Below, piece after piece: positions 1-5,788 of a DNA stretch of 5,788 bases. A program made the translations under genes and the position numbers. A model generated the notes under the pieces. The model saw nothing but the letters and a program-made list of their open reading frames with translations, was not told the origin of the DNA and did not search any database. The stretch is from assembly GCA_022560555.1 (NCBI GenBank), contig JADFSZ010000114.1, positions 1 to 5,788 of the forward strand, in the 5' to 3' direction. Source of the DNA: PVC group bacterium (GTDB lineage Bacteria > GCA-001730085 > JADFSZ01). Numbering within the stretch: the first letter of the stretch is position 1; the number at the start of each line of letters is the position of its first letter.

Positions 1-69
1 TGGTAAAATCTTTCCGTTATTGATCTTATGACGATTTTAAACGGATTGAAGTAGTGCAAGACTAAAACC

Positions 70-74
70 AAGGA
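70..74 (+). promoter_or_regulatory. Shine-Dalgarno-like ribosome-binding site for trkA
   Basis: AAGGA at 70-74 lies 8 nt upstream of the ATG at 83. The nearer ATG at 78 is followed almost immediately by a stop (ATG AAA TGA), so 83 is the usable start. Confidence 0.55.
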
Positions 75-82
75 AAAATGAA

Positions 83-1444
83 ATGAATATTTTAATCATT
101 GGGGCCGGAAGTATCGGAAGCTCCTTAGCCGAAGAATTGAGTCGTGAAGATGACAATGTCGTTGTCATTGATACAGACGAAAAGCTTTGTGAAAATCTCA
201 ACGAAAAAATGGATCTTCTCACTATCCCGGGAGATGCCACGAGTCCCGCCGTCTTGGAGATTGCGGGAATTAGAAAAACCGATGTTGTGATTGCCCTGAC
301 AAGTAGTGATGAAGTGAATATCCTCGTATGCGGATTGGCGCGCCATTATGGTGTTTCAAAACGGATCGCGCGGCTTCACTCCAATGAATATAGCATCGCG
401 GGAGATGAGCGAGCCGATATATCATCATTGGGTGTTAGTCATATATTACGGCCGGATAAGTCGGCGGTGGAAGGCATCATTCAGTATCTTGAGACACCCG
501 GGGCAACAGATGCGGCCAATTTTCATGGCGGCAAAATTTTGATGCGGGGATTTATCATCCATCCGAATATGTCTATCGCGGATAAAAAGATTGCCGATAT
601 CCGTAAACAGACGGGGGCGCATTTGATGCTTGTCGTGGCCATTATTCGTGAAGGCAGAGCGATCATTCCTTCGGGAAATGATGTGGTGCATGCCGGAGAC
701 AAAATTCTCGCGTTATTTCCCCGCTCATCCATTGAAGCCTGTTTGGAACTTTTTAGTAAAAGCCGTGAGGATATAAAAAAAGTGGTTATCTCCGGGGATA
801 CCAATATTGCCATTGAGTTGGCTAGTGCCGCGTCCCGGATGGTGGATAACATTGTTCTTGTTGATCCTGATCCGGAACATGTCTCAACAGCGGCGGATCA
901 TCTCATGCTCAAAAATGTCGAAGTTCTTCAAGGAGATTGTACCCATGTGGATATGCTGCATGAGCTTTATATCGACAACACCGATTATTTTATTAGTGTG
1001 TCTAAGGACATGGAGAATAATGTGATGGCGAGTCTCCTGGCGAAAGCGGAAGGGGCGTCACGTGTGATTGCTTTAACGGACCAAATCCGGTACATAAAAC
1101 TCTTTCATTCCATCGGCATCAGTCATGTTATTTGTCCCCGGATTTCTATGGCACAGGAAATTATGGAGGTTATTTATCGCGGACGAATTTGGAAGTCAAT
1201 GCGGATTCGGAATGTCGACATCGAGGCCGTGCGCATTATCGTGTCTGAAGGCAGCCCGGTGATCCATAAATCGATACAAGACATAACAAAAAAACGCAAA
1301 CACGAATTTATTATCGGCATTATTATCCGGGGCGATGATATGATTATGCCGCAAGGGGAAACAATCATTGAACTCGGAGATGAAGTTATTGTTATCACGG
1401 ATTCAAAAATGGTTTCCTCGATCATAAACATATTTACAAAGTAG
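83..1444 (+). CDS. trkA: Trk system potassium uptake protein TrkA, a cytoplasmic regulatory subunit with tandem RCK (TrkA_N/TrkA_C) domains
   Basis: The ORF is 453 aa, the typical TrkA length. The N-terminus MNILIIGAGSIGSSLAEEL carries the GxGxxG Rossmann fingerprint (GAGSIG, nt 101-118), followed by VVVIDTD with the acidic beta2 end. A second repeat begins around aa 232 (KKVVISGDTNIAIEL...VLVDPD). Both halves end in TrkA_C-like segments (GDKILALF, GDEVIVIT). It sits directly upstream of trkH. Confidence 0.9.
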   Translation: MNILIIGAGSIGSSLAEELSREDDNVVVIDTDEKLCENLNEKMDLLTIPGDATSPAVLEIAGIRKTDVVIALTSSDEVNILVCGLARHYGVSKRIARLHSNEYSIAGDERADISSLGVSHILRPDKSAVEGIIQYLETPGATDAANFHGGKILMRGFIIHPNMSIADKKIADIRKQTGAHLMLVVAIIREGRAIIPSGNDVVHAGDKILALFPRSSIEACLELFSKSREDIKKVVISGDTNIAIELASAASRMVDNIVLVDPDPEHVSTAADHLMLKNVEVLQGDCTHVDMLHELYIDNTDYFISVSKDMENNVMASLLAKAEGASRVIALTDQIRYIKLFHSIGISHVICPRISMAQEIMEVIYRGRIWKSMRIRNVDIEAVRIIVSEGSPVIHKSIQDITKKRKHEFIIGIIIRGDDMIMPQGETIIELGDEVIVITDSKMVSSIINIFTK

Positions 1445-1458
1445 GGTTTTTCAAATTT

Positions 1459-1463
1459 AGGGG
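1459..1463 (+). promoter_or_regulatory. Shine-Dalgarno-like ribosome-binding site for trkH
   Basis: AGGGG at 1459-1463 lies 8 nt upstream of the ATG at 1472. The gap after the trkA stop (TAG 1442-1444) is only 27 nt, which fits co-transcription. Confidence 0.5.
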
Positions 1464-1471
1464 CCTATTGA

Positions 1472-3073
1472 ATGAATAAGCGCGCGGTAGCCTATGCTGT
1501 TGGAAAGCTTATGCAGATACTGGCCCTGGTCCTTTTTGTCCCGCTGTTTTGTTCTCTCTTGGATTATCCGGATTTGTCCATCGCCCAAATCGCTTGTCAG
1601 CCGGAGGTAATCGGATTTATATTCTCCATTGTTTTGTCCGCAGCGATTGGTTTCCTTTTGTCATTTTTGACCAAGTCAGAACGATCCAACCAGGGTGTTA
1701 GGGAAGGGTTCGGGATTGTTTCCTTAGGATGGGTCTGTTTAACGTTCTTAGGAAGCTTTCCGTTTTTATTTTATTTCGCTCATAGCTATACGGATGTGAA
1801 TTTTTCCATTATTTTTAAGTGTTTTACCGATTCTTATTTCGAAATTATGAGCGGCTTTACCACCACGGGAGCCACCATTCTCACGGATGTTGAGGCCTTG
1901 CCCCATTCTTTGCTGTTTTGGCGGAGCTTCACTCATTGGCTGGGCGGTATGGGTATTATCACACTTGCGATTGTCGTTTTTCCCGCGATGGGGATCTCGG
2001 GCTATCAGATGTTTAAAGGAGAGGTTCCCGGGCCGACCACAGATCGTCTTTTGCCGAAACTGGCGGGAACAGCCAAGATATTGTGGGGAGTCTATCTTTT
2101 GATGACAGTGGCTGAAACGGTCTTGTTATGGGTAGGCGGAATGAATCTGTTTGATTCCCTGTGCCACACGTTCGGGACATTGGCCACCGGGGGCTTTTCG
2201 ACAAAAAACGCATCCATTGGTTATTACCAAAGTGAGTACATAGAATGGGTGATCACGGTATTTATGTTTTTGGCGGGCGTGAATTTTCTGGTTCACTACA
2301 ATGTTTTATGCGGTAACTTTAAGACACTGAAGCAAAATAGTGAGCTGCACTTTTATAGCGGAACATTGTTGGTGGCTATCGTTTTGGTTGCCATGAGCTT
2401 GTTTCACACCGGACTTCAGGACACGGAACGGGTGAGTACTCATTATCATCCAACACAAGTTTCACAATTAGATATTGAAGAGCATAGACAAGAAGAATCT
2501 GCTCGTTATGAAAATGTGTATCAATGTATTCGATCAGCTGTTTTCCAAGTTGTGGCCATCACAACGACAACAGGGTATACGACGGCTGACTATGACTTAT
2601 GGCCGAACATGTGCCGGTACATGCTGCTTATCCTTATGTTTTGGGGGGCGTGCGCGGGTTCCACTGGTGGCGGGATGAAGATGGTCCGTATTATGGTTGC
2701 ATTTAAAACCGCGTGGAGAGAAATAAAAAAAGTGGCAAAACCGCGCCTGATTGAATCCATTCGAGTGGGAGATTCTATTGTCAGCGGATCAAAAGTGATC
2801 AATATTATGGCATTTATTTGCCTTTATTTGATCATTTTTACCGGCATGACATTTTTTATGTCGTTTTTTATCCCCGATCTTATGACGGCAATCGCGTCCG
2901 TTGCAGCAACGATCAACAATATAGGACCGGGTCTATCCGGTGTGGGGCCCGTTGAAAATTATAGCTGGATTCCTTTAGGCGGGAAGTGGATATTGATTGC
3001 TTGTATGCTTTTGGGACGGCTGGAAATCTTTACAGTGCTTGTCATTTTAAGACCATCAACATGGAAAAAGTAA
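1472..3073 (+). CDS. trkH: Trk system potassium uptake protein TrkH, a membrane subunit of the TrkH/KtrB/HKT superfamily
   Basis: The ORF encodes a 533-aa polytopic hydrophobic protein. All four pore-loop signatures with the conserved Gly are present: MSGFTTTGAT (aa ~126-135), LATGGFST (aa ~237-244), ITTTTGYTT (aa ~363-371) and NNIGPGLSG (aa ~482-490). The glycine-rich intramembrane loop GSTGGGMKMVR (aa ~396-406) is typical of TrkH D3M2. It is adjacent to trkA. Confidence 0.92.
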   Translation: MNKRAVAYAVGKLMQILALVLFVPLFCSLLDYPDLSIAQIACQPEVIGFIFSIVLSAAIGFLLSFLTKSERSNQGVREGFGIVSLGWVCLTFLGSFPFLFYFAHSYTDVNFSIIFKCFTDSYFEIMSGFTTTGATILTDVEALPHSLLFWRSFTHWLGGMGIITLAIVVFPAMGISGYQMFKGEVPGPTTDRLLPKLAGTAKILWGVYLLMTVAETVLLWVGGMNLFDSLCHTFGTLATGGFSTKNASIGYYQSEYIEWVITVFMFLAGVNFLVHYNVLCGNFKTLKQNSELHFYSGTLLVAIVLVAMSLFHTGLQDTERVSTHYHPTQVSQLDIEEHRQEESARYENVYQCIRSAVFQVVAITTTTGYTTADYDLWPNMCRYMLLILMFWGACAGSTGGGMKMVRIMVAFKTAWREIKKVAKPRLIESIRVGDSIVSGSKVINIMAFICLYLIIFTGMTFFMSFFIPDLMTAIASVAATINNIGPGLSGVGPVENYSWIPLGGKWILIACMLLGRLEIFTVLVILRPSTWKK

Positions 3074-3089
3074 ACGGGTTTTACCCCGT
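3074..3089 (+). terminator. Weak stem-loop immediately after the trkH stop; a doubtful intrinsic terminator
   Basis: ACGGG (3074-3078) pairs with CCCGT (3085-3089) around a 6-nt loop, TTTTAC. On the + strand it is followed by CTCGGAG, not a U-run. A T-rich run (TTTACTTTTTCC) follows the hairpin only when it is read on the minus strand, where no gene converges on it. Confidence 0.2.
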
Positions 3090-3176
3090 CTCGGAGATGA
3101 TCATTCCTGTGGCCTTCTTTATTTGATCCGCGTTTCTTGTGACTGTGAAATACATAACTATTAGAGTATTTATGAT

Positions 3177-3182
3177 GAGGAG
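3177..3182 (+). promoter_or_regulatory. Shine-Dalgarno site for priA
   Basis: GAGGAG at 3177-3182 lies 8 nt upstream of the TTG at 3191. The nearby ATGs at 3172 and 3175 are out of frame and terminate after 11 codons. Confidence 0.65.
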
Positions 3183-3190
3183 ACCGTCCG

Positions 3191-5197
3191 TTGAAAAGTT
3201 TTGCTGACATTGCCTTGCCTATCGGTGTTCAAAAGGTATTTACCTATCAAATTCCCCCCGAACTGCGGGATCAATTAAAAATCGGACATAGGGTAAAAAT
3301 TCCTTTTCAAAAAAGAAACGCGGTTGGTTTTGTTGTTCATCTTCGGGAACACACGGATGTAAAGAAAATAAAATCGATCGAGAGTATTTATCAACCCGAT
3401 ATTTTTGTCAGCTCGAATGATTTGAAGTTGACCCGGTGGTCAAGCGAATATTATTGCGGCTCTTGGGGACAGTTTTTAGAGATAGGGTATCCTAAAATCA
3501 CACTTAAAACAGAGAATAAAAAATCGCAACCAAAGGGAGAGATTGGTAAAGGGTTTTTTGATACCAACAAAAACAGTGAATTGACAGATGAACAAACCTC
3601 CGTTGCCGAAAAGATACGGCCGGCCATTGAAAATGAAAAATTTCAGGTATTTCTCCTCCATGGGATTACGGGGAGCGGAAAAACGGAGGTCTATTTTGAT
3701 CTTATTGAAAGTGCTCTTAAGAAAAATACCCAAGTTCTTGTTTTGTTTCCTGAAATCGCGCTCAGCCTTTACATCGCCCAACGGTTTAAGGCCCGCTTTG
3801 GAGAAGAAAAGATTGCTTGTTGGCACAGCGGCTTAACGCAAGCCCAAAGACGAAGGACCTGGAAAAATGTTGTTGATAATCGTGTCTCGATTGTGTTGGG
3901 AGCCCGTTCCGCTGTTTTCGCTCCTTTTCATAAGCTGGGACTCATTATTGTCGATGAAGAACATGACTCTTCGTATAAACAAGATGAGGCGCCCCGGTAT
4001 CACGGACGGGATGTAGCCGTCATGCGGGCAAAAATTCAAGACTGCCCCATTGTTTTAGGTTCAGCAACGCCTTCGTGCGAATCTTATGCTAATGCTCAAA
4101 AAAATAATTACCTCTATTTGAATCTCAATAAAAGATACGGGGGGTCTGTATTGCCTGTGGTAAAAGTCGTTGATATGAGCGTTGAAGAAGGGTTTGCTAA
4201 AAAGAAACTCATCTTTTCGAATTATCTTATTCAAGCAATTCGTGAACGAATAAAAAAACGTGAGCAAGTGATGTTGTTTCTCAATAAAAGGGGTTTTTCC
4301 AGGTGGGTAAGCTGCGGCGCGTGCGGATTTGTCTTTAAGTGTTTTCAATGCGACATTACGATGGTTTATCATAAAGAAGCCAACTGCCTGAAATGTCACT
4401 ATTGTGGTCAAGAAAAACCTTTTGTGAGGGAATGCCCTGAATGTGAAGATGGGCTTTTGAAGGGGTTTGGAAAGGGGACAGAGAGAATTGAAGAAATTAC
4501 ACAAAAAATTTTCCCCAAAGCCCGTATTCAACGTCTGGATACGGATCGGGCACGTAATAAAAAAGTGTTGGCTGATATCCTGAAGAAATTCCAAGAGAGG
4601 GAGATCGACATCCTCGTCGGCACCCAAATGATCACGAAAGGATTTGACTTTCCGCATGTGACATTGATCGGGGTCCTGCAGGCGGACCATATGCTGTCCA
4701 TCCCGGATTATCGTGCTGCCGAGCGTGTTTATCAATTGTTGACACAAGTCACGGGGCGGGCCGGGAGGAGGGAGCAACTTGGGGAGGTTGTGATTCAAAC
4801 TTTTAATGTGGAACACTATGCCGTGAAAAGCACGTGCCGCCATGATTACTTGGGTTTTATCCAAACAGAATTAAAGCATAGAAAATCTCTTTTTTATCCC
4901 CCGTATTCGCGTATGATCTGTATTGAAGTGAAGGGGCGATCGAGGACTGAATCCGCCCAATGTGCCCAAGAGTTGTGTTCAATCATTAAAACTCATCTCA
5001 AGGATCCCCCTGTTAACGTCAGAGGTCCTTTAACCGCCATTATCCCACGAGTACGAAATCTTTGGCGGTACAAAATTCTTATCAAGGGAACCATCGGTCA
5101 TCAGGAAAAGAAAAGGCTGGGCGCCTGCTTATGTGCTTTTCGGGCCCCGAAAGCGGTGATGATTAGTGTTGATGTGGATCCTGTAAATTTGATATAA
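3191..5197 (+). CDS. priA: Primosomal protein N' (PriA), a replication-restart DNA helicase of superfamily 2
   Basis: The ORF is 668 aa with a TTG start, backed by a strong SD and a PriA-like N-terminus (FADIALPIGVQKVFTYQIP...GHRVKIPF). Helicase motifs present are Walker A GITGSGKT (nt 3662-3685), DEEH (nt 3953-3964), GSATPS, VGTQMITKGFDFP and QVTGRAGR. A Cys-rich zinc-binding insert spans nt 4313-4444 (CGAC...CFQC...CLKCHYC...CPEC). The C-terminal ...ISVDVDPVNLI is PriA-like. Confidence 0.95.
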   Translation: MKSFADIALPIGVQKVFTYQIPPELRDQLKIGHRVKIPFQKRNAVGFVVHLREHTDVKKIKSIESIYQPDIFVSSNDLKLTRWSSEYYCGSWGQFLEIGYPKITLKTENKKSQPKGEIGKGFFDTNKNSELTDEQTSVAEKIRPAIENEKFQVFLLHGITGSGKTEVYFDLIESALKKNTQVLVLFPEIALSLYIAQRFKARFGEEKIACWHSGLTQAQRRRTWKNVVDNRVSIVLGARSAVFAPFHKLGLIIVDEEHDSSYKQDEAPRYHGRDVAVMRAKIQDCPIVLGSATPSCESYANAQKNNYLYLNLNKRYGGSVLPVVKVVDMSVEEGFAKKKLIFSNYLIQAIRERIKKREQVMLFLNKRGFSRWVSCGACGFVFKCFQCDITMVYHKEANCLKCHYCGQEKPFVRECPECEDGLLKGFGKGTERIEEITQKIFPKARIQRLDTDRARNKKVLADILKKFQEREIDILVGTQMITKGFDFPHVTLIGVLQADHMLSIPDYRAAERVYQLLTQVTGRAGRREQLGEVVIQTFNVEHYAVKSTCRHDYLGFIQTELKHRKSLFYPPYSRMICIEVKGRSRTESAQCAQELCSIIKTHLKDPPVNVRGPLTAIIPRVRNLWRYKILIKGTIGHQEKKRLGACLCAFRAPKAVMISVDVDPVNLI

Positions 5198-5220
5198 TTG
5201 CTTGATAAACATTAAGAAAG

Positions 5221-5283
5221 AGTTTTTTTCATAAAAAAAACTTTTTTAATGAAAAAACTTTTTAAGTGAAAAAACAATTTATG
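5221..5283. repeat. A/T-only tandem motif array in the priA-hisC spacer, with three roughly 17-nt units
   Basis: Only 9 of the 63 nt are G or C. The layout is T7-CAT-A8-C, T6-AATG-A6-C, T5-AAGTG-A6-C, with the punctuating C residues at 5241, 5258 and 5275 (17-nt spacing). Units TGAAAAAACTTTTTAAG (5250-5266) and TGAAAAAACAATTTATG (5267-5283) match at 14 of 17 positions. Each T-run can pair with the following A-run to form an A:U-only hairpin. Confidence 0.6.
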
Positions 5284-5284
5284 T

Positions 5285-5290
5285 TTGACA
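5285..5290 (+). promoter_or_regulatory. Consensus -35-like hexamer TTGACA directly downstream of the A/T array; a candidate hisC promoter element
   Basis: TTGACA at 5285-5290 is a perfect match and follows an A/T-rich tract in the position of an UP element. No good -10 lies at 16-18 nt spacing (AGCCAA, GCCAAA, CCAAAA). The closest -10-like string, TGTAAAT (5319-5325), is about 30 nt away. The call is therefore weak. Confidence 0.2.
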
Positions 5291-5330
5291 CCAGCTCGAT
5301 GAATTCAGCCAAAAGAAATGTAAATCTGAG

Positions 5331-5788
5331 ATGATGACGTATTTTCGTGAAAATGTGGATACCCTGGAAGCCTATAAACCCGGAGACCAGCCTCAAGGGC
5401 TCCGAAGCGATGTCTTAAAACTCAACACGAATGAAAACCCTTTTGCCCCATCTGAAAAGGTGCGCCGGATGTTAAGTCAATTTCCGGAAGTGGAACAACT
5501 GCGATTATATCCCGACCCTCTGTCTGAACAATTACGCTTGGCGGCATCAAATATTTATCACATCCCTCAGGATCAAATTGTCGCAACGAACGGATCGGAC
5601 GAATTTTTAAATCTTTGTGTTCGTGCTTTCGTGGATAGCCGGGATGCCATGGCTTTTTTCACTCCGTCATACACCTTGTATGAGACCCTGGGAGAAATAC
5701 AAGGAGCAAAAACCGTTCGGATTTTTTTTAATGAGGATTATTCAATCAATTTTGATCGCGTGCCGAAACATTCAAAACTAACCTTTTT
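5331..5788 (+). CDS. hisC: Histidinol-phosphate aminotransferase-like class II PLP aminotransferase; 5' partial that continues past the window end
   Basis: My manual translation from ATG 5331 (or ATG 5334) is open to the window edge. It reads MMTYFRENVDTLEAYKPGDQPQGLRSDVLKLNTNENPFAPSEKVRRML...LRLYPDPLSEQLRLAASNIYHIPQDQIVATNGSDEFLNLCVRAFVDSRDAMAFFTPSYTLYE.... The elements Y-x-P-G, KLNTNENP, YPDP, NGSDE and PSY/F-x-x-Y form the characteristic HisC N-terminal pattern. An in-frame stop at 5286-5288 bounds the start upstream. The PLP-lysine region lies beyond the window, so substrate specificity is unconfirmed. Confidence 0.75.
   Translation, partial: MMTYFRENVDTLEAYKPGDQPQGLRSDVLKLNTNENPFAPSEKVRRMLSQFPEVEQLRLYPDPLSEQLRLAASNIYHIPQDQIVATNGSDEFLNLCVRAFVDSRDAMAFFTPSYTLYETLGEIQGAKTVRIFFNEDYSINFDRVPKHSKLTF

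Noticed and set aside
1-71. A possible divergent minus-strand gene starting at TTG (71-69 or 59-57) and running off the left edge. Also an inverted repeat, TCCGTT (13-18) with AACGGA (40-45).
   Set aside because: Only 19-23 codons are visible, the only starts are non-ATG, and there is no SD. The 6-bp inverted repeat has a 21-nt loop and no U-run. There is too little sequence to support either a CDS or a terminator call.
37-852. Antisense and off-frame ORFs overlapping trkA: 37..240, 125..346, 446..691 and 523..852 on the minus strand, and 348..542 on the plus strand.
   Set aside because: All are nested within the well-supported trkA frame. They lack an SD and give low-complexity or Arg- and Ser-rich translations typical of shadow ORFs.
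3097-3164. The perfect 8-bp palindrome ATGATCAT (3097-3104, containing GATC) as an operator, and TTGTGA (3137-3142) plus TATTAG (3159-3164) as a priA promoter.
   Set aside because: About one position in 256 is an 8-bp palindrome by chance, so roughly 20 are expected in a window this size. The promoter hexamers each match only 4/6 in an AT-rich spacer where such matches are frequent. Neither is supportable without transcription start data.
2959-3210. An 83-aa minus-strand ORF spanning the trkH-priA spacer.
   Set aside because: It overlaps the trkH 3' end and the priA start and SD. It has a basic, low-complexity translation and no motif. The only support would be the minus-strand-oriented hairpin plus T-run at 3074-3089, which lies inside the ORF rather than after it.
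4061-4864. A 267-aa antisense ORF inside priA, the longest non-annotated ORF in the track, as a possible overlapping gene.
   Set aside because: It lies in the codon-aligned antisense frame, where both 4061 and the priA frame are position 2 mod 3. Antisense stops can then arise only where priA uses TTA, CTA or TCA codons. The ORF is bounded exactly by a sense TCA (4061-4063) and a sense TTA (4871-4873). The other antisense ORFs over priA (3476..3826 and 3833..4039) are in the same frame. The start is a TTG, I found no SD, and the translated sequence has no recognisable motif. It is best explained as a chance run of Leu and Ser codon choice.
5198-5330. The AT-rich spacer as a replication origin or DNA-unwinding element, or as a T-box, riboswitch or his-attenuator leader upstream of hisC.
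   Set aside because: No DnaA-box cluster is present. The near-matches to TTATCCACA (for example TGTGGATAC near 5345-5355 and TGTGGATAT near 945-955) are isolated and lie inside genes. The spacer is only 133 nt with almost no G/C, so it is too short and unstructured for a T-box or a known riboswitch. The mini-ORF contains no His codons.
1-5788. A window-wide scan for CRISPR repeats, IS elements or terminal inverted repeats, integrase or recombinase genes, tRNA genes, toxin-antitoxin pairs or defence-island genes.
   Set aside because: None was seen. All long ORFs are accounted for by trkA, trkH, priA and hisC. The three spacers (27, 117 and 133 nt) are too short to hide another gene or an RNA gene of known type.

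Overview
This window is four same-strand (+) housekeeping genes from a moderately AT-rich bacterium: trkA (83..1444), trkH (1472..3073), priA (3191..5197, TTG start) and the 5' part of a hisC-like aminotransferase (5331..>5788). The hisC-like gene is missing from the ORF track because it runs off the right edge. trkA and trkH are 27 nt apart and look like an operon. I see no rRNA or tRNA gene, CRISPR array, transposase or integrase, terminal inverted repeats, or defence- or toxin-like gene. I therefore do not find a convincing novel system here and treat this as an ordinary core-genome region. The one structure the genes do not explain is a 63-nt, almost pure A/T tract in the priA-hisC spacer. 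It is organised as three [T-run, short loop, A-run, C] units with a 17-nt period and sits directly against a perfect TTGACA hexamer. The remaining observations are protein-level peculiarities that need alignment to confirm: a degenerate second Rossmann motif in TrkA, a long charged loop in TrkH, and a PriA whose N-terminal region looks too short to hold the winged-helix domain. The hisC start also has no Shine-Dalgarno sequence but has an ATGA-overlapping mini-ORF. All interest scores are modest.
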